Assembly (NCBI GenBank): GCA_045837725.1
Contig: JBEWZL010000178.1
Location: 62,001-126,000 of the forward strand
Length of the DNA: 64,000 nt
From: Vermamoeba vermiformis
Taxonomy: Eukaryota
Direction: 5' to 3'
The translations under genes and the position numbers were made by a program. Position 1 is the first letter of the stretch; every line of letters starts with the position of its first letter. This document shows positions 26,301 to 45,588 of the stretch, piece by piece. A model generated the notes under the pieces. It made no database searches and was not told where the DNA came from. It worked only from the letters and a program-made list of their open reading frames with translations.

Positions 26301-27175
26301 ACGCCGAGTTGGATGAATATTACAACGCGTACTTTGGAAACAAAGATAAGATGCAAAAGGCATTTACTGCTGGTACGTACATTATATGATAATATTGATT
26401 AATAAGAATGCGCTACGATGGTACAAATTTGTTATTTTCAATTACTTTCCTAAAAAGGAAATCGGTAATAACATTAGGGCGAGCTGTTACACGGCGCTCT
26501 AACGCATCGTGAATTTAAATCAACTATACTCATATTGTTATTATATGGTTATATAACGATATAGACTAGACAAACTAACTAACGATTCGTTGTTACTTAG
26601 ATCCTAATGCCGATGTCGTGATCCGCAGTCCTACAACTACGAATATGCCTATGGACAACAGCTGGTTGTCTAACGCTCCTTCTGAGTCCACTCAGCCTGT
26701 TAAGCGTCGCGGATCTGTCGTTCATGGCACAATCCCTGGACCGAACGGTGCTGAAGGTAAATCCGGATCCTAACCACTCGTTTGAAATTTAAGCACCTAA
26801 AGTGCGCTATAACCAGATTATTAGAATAATGTAGGCTTTGCTAATTTGAGGCGAGATAACTAATAACTAATTTTTTGTTCAGCGAATCCGTTCGGTAAGC
26901 GTCCTCCAGGCTCACCAACTACGCGCAAAGCAAAGGTTAAGGATCACTTCGACTTGCAGGCACAAGCAGTTAAATATGAGATGGCTAAAGAAAAGACTAA
27001 GAAGCAACGTAAAGCTGAAGAAAAGGCGCGTAAAAAAGCTGAAAAAGACGCGAAAAAGCAAGCCAAAAAAGAGAAGAAAAAAGGCGGCAGTAAAAGACGC
27101 GGAAGTAACGCACCTCCTGGTCTGGACGTGCCACCCGATCAAGTTCGTGGATCTTCTTGGGATCCATTCAAATAA
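23382..27175 (+). CDS. Eps15-like EH-domain endocytic adaptor
   Basis: Two EH domains (FQTFDGDKDGFI..LAVIWELSDADKDGKL; LAHIWELSDMDLDSQLSQQEF), a coiled coil, and NPF and DPF motifs near the C-terminus. Confidence 0.85.
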
Positions 27176-27655
27176 TGCTAATGGCCGTTCTACACTGGCA
27201 CATTAGTATTCTATTTAAGAACTAACAGTATTGCGTTACCGCAATAAACATTTTTCGTCACACATGTTGTATTTGTATTTGTCGTGCACAACAAAAAGAA
27301 AATTTTCGGATTGGCAGGGCGGATCTATTCTGTCGGGGTCCGTATACTTCGATGTGGATTTCACGAGAATAGTAATGAATACGGACCTGATATTGTTCAT
27401 TCCGTAATGATAAAAAGGTAAATAAGCATGTTAAGTTACAATTTTATGTCAACAGTCGGTGCTGGATCTGCAAAAGGGAAGTGCTAAATGCCTTGCATCT
27501 ATCGTACTGATCTCTAATCATAATGCATGCGTCATTAACATTGCTGTTATCTAGTAGTAGTACTACTAGCAAGAAAAGATCTCTTTCATCGCCAAAAAAT
27601 TGATCTACCGTAAATCTTGCAGCCTTTGAATTCTTTGCATAACGCGTTAGAGCAA

Positions 27656-30166
27656 CTAGTTGAGCACAAAAGATTTGTACGGAGTTTCATATTCAACGTG
27701 CTGTATTCTCAGAATTGTCTCAGTGCATTCAACAACGAGTGCAAGTATTGTGCGCATGAGGACTTCTGGTTCTAACAGCGGTGGACTCACTTTTGAACCT
27801 TCAACCACATTCATCGTTGTTTCGTGAAATAGGTCTAATCCGCGCCATACTGCTCAATATTAAATCGTTAGTAATTTAATATTGTAATTCGAAGAAAATT
27901 AAGCGTACCTTCGCCGTTGTGATGCGCCAATTTGAGTTCAGAAATCAATGCAGCACCATCTAATCCACCTAATTAAGCGTTATGATTGGATTATATGCAT
28001 CGTTATAATTATGTTACTCAGTTTTACCATTATTGGCCAGTATGAATGGAATGCATTCTAACGCCGTGGAAAATGCTTCAAAAACTAATTGAAGTTTGTC
28101 TAGCAAACAGAAATCGTTAGAATTATTGTTTTTTTTCACTGAAAAGGATAAACTTTTACCTTTGTACTTGAACGATTCTTCTTTGAGTACTTTTGACAGC
28201 TCAATGTAAACTGCACCACCGCCACTATGGCATCAAATAATGTCAGAAATGAAATTTCACCAAAAATCGCATTTTCTTTATATGACTAGCAAGCCTAAGC
28301 CTTTTTTTTAATGATTTTATAAATTTCATTGTTCGAAGTGAGTTTTTGAGGTAGATCCACCGAGCACGTGATCATCAATAATTAACTTACCCAAGTACTT
28401 TGCCCGCATTAATCGCCGCTATTGTTACGCTCAACGCATCGCGCAAACTAGTTTCGCATTCATGAACGATGCTTGCGCTCGGTGCTCGAACGAGAATTGT
28501 GTTGACTAAGGTACTAGGACAGCCTGTGAACTATTGAATGGTCAATCATAAGTCATATATATTAGTATCATATTCCCCGTACTTTGATTATTCTTTCATC
28601 TCCGAGAATAATTTCTTCGACAAGTTCAGCAGATCCAAGCTACAAAAAAAAAAAATACTTAGGGTTAGGGTTTGCGTAAAGTGTAAAATCATTGTAATTT
28701 CTTCTTACGCAAATCTGAGTTAAAATTCTGATATCTTCAACGATAAATCCGCCGACTAAAAGTGCTAATTGATCCAGCTCTTCGTTCGTAACATTTTCAA
28801 TGAACATTATGCCATGTTCAGCCAACACTCTGTGAAGCATTTCCCTATTTAGTAATTGCTAGAAAACGATAGAAAACTATACGTACTGTTCGGCGACTTT
28901 ATAAATATATCCTCTATTAACAACCACTGTCGCGCCGGATGCGACAATTTTTTCACACATCTCCCGAACATGGTTTCTCTGCTCTAATAATAACAGGACT
29001 ATATTAATATGACGTATGTTGATATTTATGTACCTTCGGAATCGTCTCCGCGGCGTTCTAAACTCATCTTCGATAATAAAATTTTCGCATTTTGAATTTT
29101 CTTCGGACATCCTAAGCCAACCTATAAGCGAATAAATATATAAATACAATGAACCTATACTATTATATTATATGTATGTAGTACCCTATTCTTAATTGCC
29201 AAACCTTTAATGAATTCTGTCGCGTCCATGGAAGGTCCGGTGACAGACAAAATTTTGACATTGCCGATCTTCGACCTCTTGCCTAATAAGGAAATAGCCT
29301 CGACGACCATACTCGCGAACTTATCCGAATGCTCGCCAATGATCTACAATAAAATTGGCAATTAGTCTGGTGAACAAGATCCGGTTCTCAAAATCCGTGC
29401 AAACCTTCGAGTTCATGGAAGTCTTGGCAATATTAGTGAGAATATTTTTCCTATTCTCGTCCGTTATATTAATTGCAATACGGTCTAGTACCTCATTGCA
29501 TTTTTGCAGAGCCAATTGAAAGCCCTATAATAAAGAAAATATGTCAAAAACAGTGCCATGGATCAGATCCAAAAAACTAAAGCCAATTAGCATTAATAAT
29601 CCTATTCGCTTATATTTACGTAAATATTGTTATTTTAGTGCATACTTGGTTTAAAATATGAATAGGAACGCCCTTTGAAGATAGATCCAACGATCGCTGC
29701 AATAATTCCCCAGTCAAAATCACCACCGAAGTCGTGCCGTCACCAACGAGCTCATCTTGTGCCATTGATAGTTCTACTAAGAATTTTGCAGCTGGATGTT
29801 GAAGTGGAAGCGAGCGTAGAATTTGAGCACCTTCAAAAAATTATTAAATAATGTTTAAAAATAGATTGGAGCTTGTACTCTCGTAAAATCGTATTTAAAT
29901 AATTTAGTTAATAATATTTCGATATCCCTAATTTTTCCTAGCGTACTATCGAAATAACAATTCGGATCTGCATAAAATCAAGTGTTATTACCATCGTTTG
30001 TGCGCTGACCCGACGGCAAATATATATCCAAACCATAAGGACCCAATGTAGGTTTAACGAGCTCTGCTAACGCTCTACAAATGTTACATCCACGTTATCA
30101 CTTTTTAAAAAGCCATTATTACCTGCATCCGTAAACATTATTCGTCAGAACCTCGTTCGAATCCAT
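27656..30166 (-). CDS. Divergent group II chaperonin (CCT/TCP-1-like)
   Basis: PTLGPYGLD, TNDGAQIL, HPAAKFLVELSMAQDELVGDGTTSVVILTGELL, NIAKTSMNSK, TILVRAP..ECETSLRDAL, GGGAVYIE, F..ALECIP. Confidence 0.8.
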
Positions 30167-30381
30167 ACCCAAACTGTTACATCACATTCACCATTCAATA
30201 TGGGATGCTTGGTTCATTTGGCAACAAACGAGAAAAATGAATTTTTTGGGGATCGAACAGGGACAAGTCCTTCGATTAAGGGAACATTTAACAAGAAAGA
30301 AAAGTAAATTTAGCAAAATATCATTAGAAAGTGGTAATAAAGCTTTATTAACAGAAACGAAAGTATCTACAGGCTCGATCT

Positions 30382-30801
30382 TTAGGCGCTGTGTCTCTTT
30401 CCTTCGATTTCACCTTCAAGCAAAATCTTCTTAATGATAGTATCGTTATCGGTAGTGCCAAACTTCTCCCTATAATTGCCACCCGGTTAATCCTAGGATC
30501 CAACTTTTTTTTTGCATTTTGATCGGTACTTACTGCAAGAAATCGTGGCTAGGGCGTTTCTTATCGTATAAATTCTGTTTAAAGTCAGAATAATGCCTTT
30601 GCAAATAATAGTAATCGTAAATTTACTCACTTGGAAGATGTCGAAAACCTCGACGACATCAGTCAAGGGCATCGAAGGGTTTTTCTTGAATAAATCAGCC
30701 TTGCCTGGTTCAGCATAGACATAGAAGACTTCATCGCCGAGTTGGAGCTTGACTCGCTGGATCTCAGCGGTAGGTGCGGTAGGTTTGTTAGTGGTGCTCA
30801 T
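30382..30801 (-). CDS. SBDS N-terminal (FYSH) domain-only protein, Rtc3-like
   Basis: PLTDVVEVFDIF/..RPS..EKFGTTDNDTIIKKILLEGE across three exons. Confidence 0.7.
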
Positions 30802-31158
30802 TATGGAGTAGTTGTATTGTTATGTAAAGGATTTGAGTGATTTATTACGAACGAGAGGTGATATTTGTGCCTTTAATTAGCGTGATCATTTGCGATAAGC
30901 GAGACAGTTCTACTATTTTTAGCTGAAATTCCGGTACTCTTTTTGTAACCAAATTAAATGCAAGCCTATCATACGACTCTGTAAAAAGGATGTCTTAATG
31001 CACTGTAATGGGCCCCGGTTATTCAAGTTAAATTGTTGTCGCGCTGGCGGAATTTCGAAAAATGTGCACATGCCACAAAACTCCACGCGACTGCAATAAC
31101 ATAAATTTAATCAAATACAAGCGAATAACACAACTCTTACGCATCAATTACGAAACAA

Positions 31159-31455
31159 ATGGCATCACAATTAATCGGCACGTGGTTAGTACGCTGTCCG
31201 ATGGGCGACGTCGATAAAGTCAAAGGAATTACGCTGCAGCACATTTGTAGTCATGAAGATTGTGGCATGAAAGTGAAAGAACAAGAAAACTTCTGGATTG
31301 TATGCCCACAGGACGGATGTGGCCAAACAGATCAAGTGACAGGTCTGGTAAAATCTCATAAATGCTCCAGATGCAACAAAGAAATGCGAAAAGACAATAA
31401 CGATATTCTAAATATGATGTCTCATGTTACTAGACACCTTCCAAGTTCGAAATAA
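31159..31455 (+). CDS. Small Cys/His-rich protein with two tandem putative zinc-ribbon repeats
   Basis: Intronless 98-aa ORF with an A-rich start context; the pattern W.V.CP..D.V.G...H.CS..C occurs twice. Confidence 0.7.
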   Translation: MASQLIGTWLVRCPMGDVDKVKGITLQHICSHEDCGMKVKEQENFWIVCPQDGCGQTDQVTGLVKSHKCSRCNKEMRKDNNDILNMMSHVTRHLPSSK

Positions 31456-31616
31456 ATTGTATTTTATAAATATAAAAATTATTATCAAATGTATTGTACA
31501 AGCAATTAGTTTATTGAAAGATGGTCTTTAGATTTTACAACAAAAATGTACACAAAAAGATGGTGTAGTTATTACACAGATTTTCTGCCTGCCAAGCAGA
31601 TCAGATCACTCGAGAT

Positions 31617-35860
<4,244 letters not shown>

Positions 35861-36342
35861 TATGATCTCGCGTAGATGTCAGCAGCAGAACGAGTGGAAA
35901 ATAATTTTTAAAAATAAGACTATTATAATATGATATAAAAATACAGAAAGTGAATTTTTTGAACCGACCTGGTTCGCAAATTGCAAAATTCAACAAATTT
36001 AGCGAATCGCGGACTAAAGCTCTCAGTCCGCTTGGTTCGCAAAAAGCAACGCCAAAAAAATCAAATACTTACATTTAACTTAAGAACAGTGTCACCGAAC
36101 AAAATGCCAAAAAGCGCGGCGTGTTCTTTCCGTCAAACAGAAAAAATAACTTAACGAACCAAAAATTAAGTCACGACTTTTTTTGGACATATCGCCAGAA
36201 ATTTAGCCATACTCTGATTCACTCCAGATTTTTTCTGACGTCCTTCAACGAAACTGACCAGTTTACATACGTTCCCAACATAACCTAAAATTAATTCATT
36301 GTTTGGTACTTTTACCAACAAAGACAAGATCCGACTGCTGAA

Positions 36343-38518
36343 ATGGAAAACAACGAAGTTGATATCTTTGGCGACGATCCAGAAGACCTGACGACATGTT
36401 GGGTTTGCTACAATATGTTTGTCGATCCAATCACGCTTAAATGCTCACATACAATGTGCAAGGTAAGACTTTCAAAATTACCTACGATAATGAAAATCAA
36501 TTTAAAAAAATCACACAAAATACTTTATTGATGTCATAGGTAAAATAAATAATGAAATAATTAAATTAAATCGTACCTTCGATAGGAATGCTTAGTAAAG
36601 GTATTCAAACGAAATCCGTTATGCCCATTCTGTCGAACTCAGTTCGGTGTGCCTTTTCCCGAAATCAACCAAAAGCTTAAAACTATCGTAGATAAATATA
36701 AGCAATATTTGTTGAACAGAAAACTCGAGAATGCACCTCCAGCTCCAATGATCGAACAAGACGTAAGTTTGAAATTCAATTTCGTTCAACACGCATAATT
36801 CTAATCTAATCGCAGTCCTTGTTCGTTAACATGCCTCCCGAGATATTGGTTAACGTATTGACAAACCTCAGAGAGAAAGAGTTGGGCCGTTTGTCACAAG
36901 TACGTAACATTTCTTCGTTCTTTATTTGAAAACATTCAGTAACCCAATGACATCCGTAGGTTTGTCGCGAGGTTAGAGGAGTCACCGATGACGGCTGGCT
37001 CTGGAGAAACATCTGCTTGCAAACATTCCCGTTCGTTGTCATGGTAAGATCTGTCAAGTCCGACCAGAAGTGACTGCTAACTGTTAATCTAGGACCCTGA
37101 TGGCAAAGGATGGAAAAGAGCGTACAAATACCGAAGCCAGATTAAGCGTGGATGGGAGGAAGGTCGTGCAGGTGACTTCAAATTGACCACCATGCGCGGT
37201 CATTCGGACTACGTGACTTGCTTCGATTACTACAGAAATAACATCGTCACTGGCTCTGCGGACTCTGAGTAAGTATTTGTGTTCATTATAGGCGTTCACT
37301 TTACTTACATCAGCTAGTGTCATGATTTGGAAAGCACGCAAGTCTGAAGCTGTTAATACGTTGAAAGGTCATCACGGAGTGATTGCGTCGGTCAAGTTCA
37401 ACGAAGTTTACATTGTCAGTGGCGGTGCCGATCACTTTGCCAAAGTATGGGACACAACCACTGGCTCGTGCCTCCATAACTTCACGTCTAACGTAAGACC
37501 TTTCAAATTACTCTATAGATCCATATGTAACTAAATAATTGACCCTAAGAACGCCGTAAACAAACTCTTGCTCGAGGACACTTCCTTGATTACCGGTGAC
37601 ATGAGCGGTCAGGTCAAGATCTGGGATCTTCGCTCGGGCCACTGCACGACGACCATTAACACTAACCACCACCAATTGACATTGAATATGTCCAAAATGG
37701 GAAATGGCAACCTCGTGCTGTCTCAACCAACGGTGAGTAACTCGTGTCGAAGAGAAACAAACTGACCTTGATCTCCTCTCTCAGGGAATCTTCGTTTACG
37801 ATCCTCGCAATCCTAACATCGCTTCAACAAACGCATTCGTAGCTCACTCCGTGTCTCAAATGATTGGTGATTCTGAGATCTTTGTGGCTGGCTCTGGAAT
37901 GGCAGCAAACTTCAGCCGAATCAATTTGAACAACGGCAACACGATCGCTACCGTGCCTGGAGCTCATACGAACAAGTTCTCTATTGCTGGTGACGATAAG
38001 CATGTAAGTACACTGTAATAATAGCTACTATTGGCTGCGGACTAACTAATCTGACCAGATTTACATTGGAGGCTCTAGCGATATTGAGGTGTTCTCGTTG
38101 GCCACTAATACCGTCGTAAAAACCTTGAAGGACCACACTGGAAATATTCATAGCTTACAATGCGATGATAACAAGCTCGTTTCGTGAGTATTTTTTATTT
38201 TGCCGCCATCTGCTACTAGCCGTTACTAACCTCACGAAGTGGATCGGCCGATAACACGATCAAAGTGTGGGACCTAAAGCAAGGCAAGCGCTTGTATTCC
38301 CTGTTGGGAGGCAGTTTGACGGTCCGTGGAAAGAACAAAGCCAATCCAGTCAAGCCAGGTTGCAGCCAAATGATGTACGACGAGAGCCGCGTAGTAGGAA
38401 GCTTCAATAGCTTAGTTAGAGTAAGTGACAACGAAATAATATTTTTTAGGTTTATTCTCACCTCGTCGCGCAGGTTTACAGCTTCGGCGAGGAAGATGAC
38501 GAGGATGAAGATTTTTAA
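36343..38518 (+). CDS. RING finger + F-box + WD40-repeat protein
   Basis: CWVC..CSHTMCKEC..CPFC RING; MPPEILVNVL..LSQVCRE F-box; WD40 repeats GHSDYVTCFD..VTGSAD and GHHGVIASV..SGGAD..KVWD. Confidence 0.85.
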
Positions 38519-38665
38519 ATCTACTGATTGGTATACAATTCGGTGGAGAACCGATAAATTTCACGTAAAGGATGGTGTTGAATAAACACCGTTAATAGTA
38601 GTTTTGTCTTGTGTAGACGAAAAGCCAGCGATCGTTTTATCGATCTACCGAGCACGTTGAGGTTC

Positions 38666-39037
<372 letters not shown>

Positions 39038-39097
39038 TTATCTCTGAACTAGCCGTTTTTTGTATCTTAAAATTCAAAACGGGCTGTTTGTCGTTAT

Positions 39098-39107
39098 CTG
39101 ATTGGTC
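39098..39107 (-). promoter_or_regulatory. CCAAT box upstream of histone H4
   Basis: GACCAATCAG about 120 nt upstream of the H4 ATG; a similar ACCAATCAG lies at about 17038, upstream of the F-box/Kelch gene. Confidence 0.4.
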
Positions 39108-39544
39108 TAATTTTTCATTCGAACACAAAACACTTTTGTACGCGCCAGTAGTGCCTTTTCGTAAGCACGATATCACCATAAATTGTTATGACAAGCCAGG
39201 CTATGTTTGGCTGACTAGCAACGAATGCGTGCAGCATAGAATTTTGATCGAATCTGAACTCATTATTCGTCACGAATGGGGGCTTGTTGGTGTTACTAGA
39301 GCACCCTCAATAGGAGTGAAAACGATAACGTGATGATCGCGCATGGAGCGTTGACAGAAAGATTTCCTGACATCTACCGAAAGCGCGCGATTTGGAAACA
39401 CAATTCAACGTTTATTCTATATTACAATTAAATACAGGGCGCTCGTTCATGAGGATACAATCCTCACGGTGCGAGACTTTAACAGTCAAAAATACAGATG
39501 AGAATTTTTACAACAGGAGGAAAAACTTAGTAACAAATTAAGAC

Positions 39545-40078
39545 TTAGAGCAGGAACATGTCGCACCAAGGATCCTTATTCGTAAGTCCATCTTCGCTAT
39601 CTATAAAATTAAGGGGAGAGTTAATTTCAACGTTGAAAAGCAGACGGAAATTAATGAACGAAAAGCGTATCCGGAAAATGATCTTACCCGAGGCATCATA
39701 CTTCAGGCCAATCTGATAATCGCCATGTAGTATCCCTTTCATTACTGATTCTTCGATATTAATACCGCTTTCCATTGCGATGTTATTGAGTTGCAGGGGA
39801 GTTGTGGGCTGTGTTTTAGACAGTTCCTTGATCATGGCTAGTAGTGATAATTTTAAATATTGAATCTCTTGATTGAGCTTCATTTCATTCATTCTTAATT
39901 GACTAATTTCTCTTTCATTCTGCCAATCCTTCCGACGCAAGGCGTCGATCTCATCGCGAAGCGCGTTGATGATGGATTCTTGTTGCTCTAAAAGATTCTG
40001 AGTCTCGTAAGAATGGATGTACGGGGAGTTGTTATTTGTCATTTGGAACGAAGGGGGTCCACCATTGTGGTCTTGCAT
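39545..40078 (-). CDS. Coiled-coil protein of unknown function
   Basis: MQDHNGG..LLEQQESIINALRDEIDALRRKDWQNEREISQLR heptads; one probable intron at about 39602-39687. Confidence 0.55.
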   Translation of the reverse strand: MQDHNGGPPSFQMTNNNSPYIHSYETQNLLEQQESIINALRDEIDALRRKDWQNEREISQLRMNEMKLNQEIQYLKLSLLAMIKELSKTQPTTPLQLNNIAMESGINIEESVMKGILHGDYQIGLKYDASGKIIFRIRFSFINFRLLFNVEINSPLNFIDSEDGLTNKDPWCDMFLL

Positions 40079-40790
40079 CAAAAAGCAGGTGAGAATGAAA
40101 AGCTTGCCCAAAAACAAAAATCAACTTTTTTTGTCCGAGCGGACTAAAAAAGGAAGTCTCGGGGTTCAACGACCAATAGAAAACACCCACCTAAGAAAAC
40201 AGCGTCATAATTCCCCGTGCTTCGTTGGCACGATCGCGTGCAGTTTGTTGGAAGCGGTTCGTGAAGAGTCGGTTATACCGAACCCTGCCCTACACAGAAA
40301 ATCCCGAACCTCAACGCCAGATCTCTCTTCGCAGGTCACTAATAAATTTTAAAAAATAGGTATTAAATGGCAACTGGTGTTGATTTCGATTTGTAAGCGA
40401 CGGGTTGTGCAGATCGAGCTCGACAACGAAGATCTCGCGCTTTTTCCTGTGTTTTGTGTTTTCGGAATTTTTTAAGCAACGATGGCACGCGAAGCTAAAT
40501 ATCCTTCTTCAGGATTGGTCGCCTGCGTCGGGCATTTCTCAGGTTATTGAATCACTCTCCGTTTTAAATGTCCGTTCTGGATTTGTCTCGCGGCAACTCC
40601 ACATCCGTTTTTGTTTGAAAAACAAGCTACTTTTAGAGGACCCGAGTTGTGATGATAAGATTTATTTCCAAATAATTCAGTAAATTGTACACAATTATTA
40701 TATTACAGGGAACGGCAGTTTACCCGTGGACTGGTAAGCGTCGTATATATTCTTTGTAAAATCGGTCACACGATCTTCGTTTTTAATTTC

Positions 40791-43546
<2,756 letters not shown>

Positions 43547-43721
43547 TCTTGTTTACCGGATATGTTCGTGGCGAAGAGAGCGAGGGATGAGCTAGATATT
43601 CTCGTAGCAGCCTGTATTGTCAAACTCCAAAAACGAAACTAAAAACGGCTCCAAAGAAATTCAAATTTAATTACGCAAAATTGAGCGGGAAAATCAACTT
43701 TTCGTTACAAAAACTTTGGAA

Positions 43722-44306
43722 CTATTTCTTGTACTTAGCTACAATACTAGCAACAATGCTGTAAAATGTTGGAATGCAAGTCACACGCGGATGTAACGGA
43801 AAAGGTAAGCCTTGACCAGATTGCACGACTTCAGCTGGAATCCAAAAAAATTCTCGTTTCTTTTTGTTCTTTAAGAAGGCCTTATTGATTGTCTCGAGGT
43901 CGATATTGCGATCGATAGGAAAATAATATACATAATATTCGTGGTCATCAGTTTTGCCTTCCCAGATTTGATCTCCAGCTCGTAATAATTTCAATATTTT
44001 TGCGGTTTCTTCGAATATTATTGGATGTTGTTGTACACCCTTTTCATCGAGTTCTTCAATTATTTTCCATTTTTGTTGCAAATCTGGTGTCGACATTGTC
44101 AATAATCCAGCAGTCTCTTCAGTGAATTCTCTTGCGGCTGTAATCATAGGATCTGTTTCTCCAGGCGTAACTGCTCCTGCAAAATCAATAGCAGTGCCTG
44201 CTTTCTTTCCTTCAAAGGTTCTTTGAAACAAAAAAGATACGTGTCCATCTGGATCAACGCCGAAAGGCAACGCTCCAGCGCCTCCTAATGGTACTATCGT
44301 AGTCAT
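43722..44306 (-). CDS. NUDIX-family hydrolase (intronless)
   Basis: GAGALPF..FLFQR; Nudix box variant DFAGAVTPGETDPMITAAREFTEETAG. Confidence 0.75.
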   Translation of the reverse strand: MTTIVPLGGAGALPFGVDPDGHVSFLFQRTFEGKKAGTAIDFAGAVTPGETDPMITAAREFTEETAGLLTMSTPDLQQKWKIIEELDEKGVQQHPIIFEETAKILKLLRAGDQIWEGKTDDHEYYVYYFPIDRNIDLETINKAFLKNKKKREFFWIPAEVVQSGQGLPFPLHPRVTCIPTFYSIVASIVAKYKK

Positions 44307-44456
44307 ATTTGATTAAATATATGTTCAACGGTTGATAATGAAAAAACGAAAACAGATCAAAAATTTTCTTGATTTATTTGCCAACGATGAAATTTGGCTG
44401 TTATTTGAAAGTTAGAGTATGCTCTAGGCATCGCTTACGCATATATTCATAATATA

Positions 44457-45108
44457 TTAATATAAGAAGCCGTAGTAGAAGTTCAAGGCTGACATTGAGC
44501 CGTAGAATAGCAAACTCGGCGTAACAAATTGTGGTCGCACGCCAGCACGTCGGATCGCCAAACTAAACGCAGAATAAGCACGTAATTATAATATAATGCA
44601 CTATATAAATAACTTGCCTAATGAAAGAGCCGATCCACGCGAAGCACGAGCTTTGTACAGCGATCTTTTTCAAATGCATTCCAGGCACGCTTGGAACCTA
44701 TTAAATAAATAAAATATTGTTAATAAATAATTCCATAGTTATTATTATACTTACATTAAACAAGGTGTAGCACCAGCTCGCCATCCGAGATCCCAGTACA
44801 CGAATGATCCAGTCAGTGGGACTTAAGGCGATTTCTAATTGGAAAATTAGTCATTTAAATTATATCTAGATAAGAGTGCGTCTATAATTTGATCTTTGCA
44901 ATGCTTCAAATTACGCAGAAGTTCAGATCTGAAAGTTTTTGAGCTACAATCGATTACTGTATTTACCTGAGCCCGAACAGACCCTCAAAAAGTGCGAAGG
45001 CGATGCAAATGTCCATAGACCGAGAACGAGGTCGCTAAAAGCGTTTAAATAGACGAGCTGCGTGAATCGTTCTTCTTTCTCGATCGCGTTTGGTTCAGGT
45101 GTGGACAT
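44457..45108 (-). CDS. Small multi-pass membrane protein (4 exons, one GC-AG intron)
   Basis: Spliced MSTPEPN..LVYLNAFSDLVLGLWTFASP../..WIIRVLGSRMASWCYTLF/..CFAWIGSFIS LAI..LLFYGSMSALNFYYGFLY*. Confidence 0.6.
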
Positions 45109-45588
45109 GATGTGTTTTGATAGTAAGTATTGAGAATAGAGTGACTAAAATAGGATATTAAAATCAACCATAGCCGCGTGAGCTGACCTTATCACGTTAA
45201 ATTTCATTTAGTTGTCTTCGATCGAAATCGAGATCGCGAGTCCTCATTAAAGAGCCGTCTTTCGACAGAATGAAAGATCTTTAACCTGCACCCGTTCGAT
45301 GATAAGGTCTAAAAAGCGCACTTTGACTTTGGCAGCAAGATCACCACTGGTGGCCGAATTCGACAGCACCGCTTGAGCAATGGAGAACAAAGTTAATTGC
45401 AGATTTCTACCAAACTTTATAAGTACATTGGTTAACTTAATTTAGGCAGCAATATTTGGCATCGAAAGAGTCGCTCAAGGTTTTTGCGAATTTTAACAGA
45501 ACCAGATGCAGACCCACCGTTTCTCCCATAACTTTAGTTCGTGAGTATCAGAGCTTCGTATGAATATGACCAATTGAGCACTTTGTAA

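Noticed and set aside
30167-30217. Upstream ATG in frame with the CCT-like gene across two TGA codons (readthrough or 18-nt intron)
   Set aside because: A downstream ATG (30166) gives a complete chaperonin start; no SECIS or other evidence for recoding.
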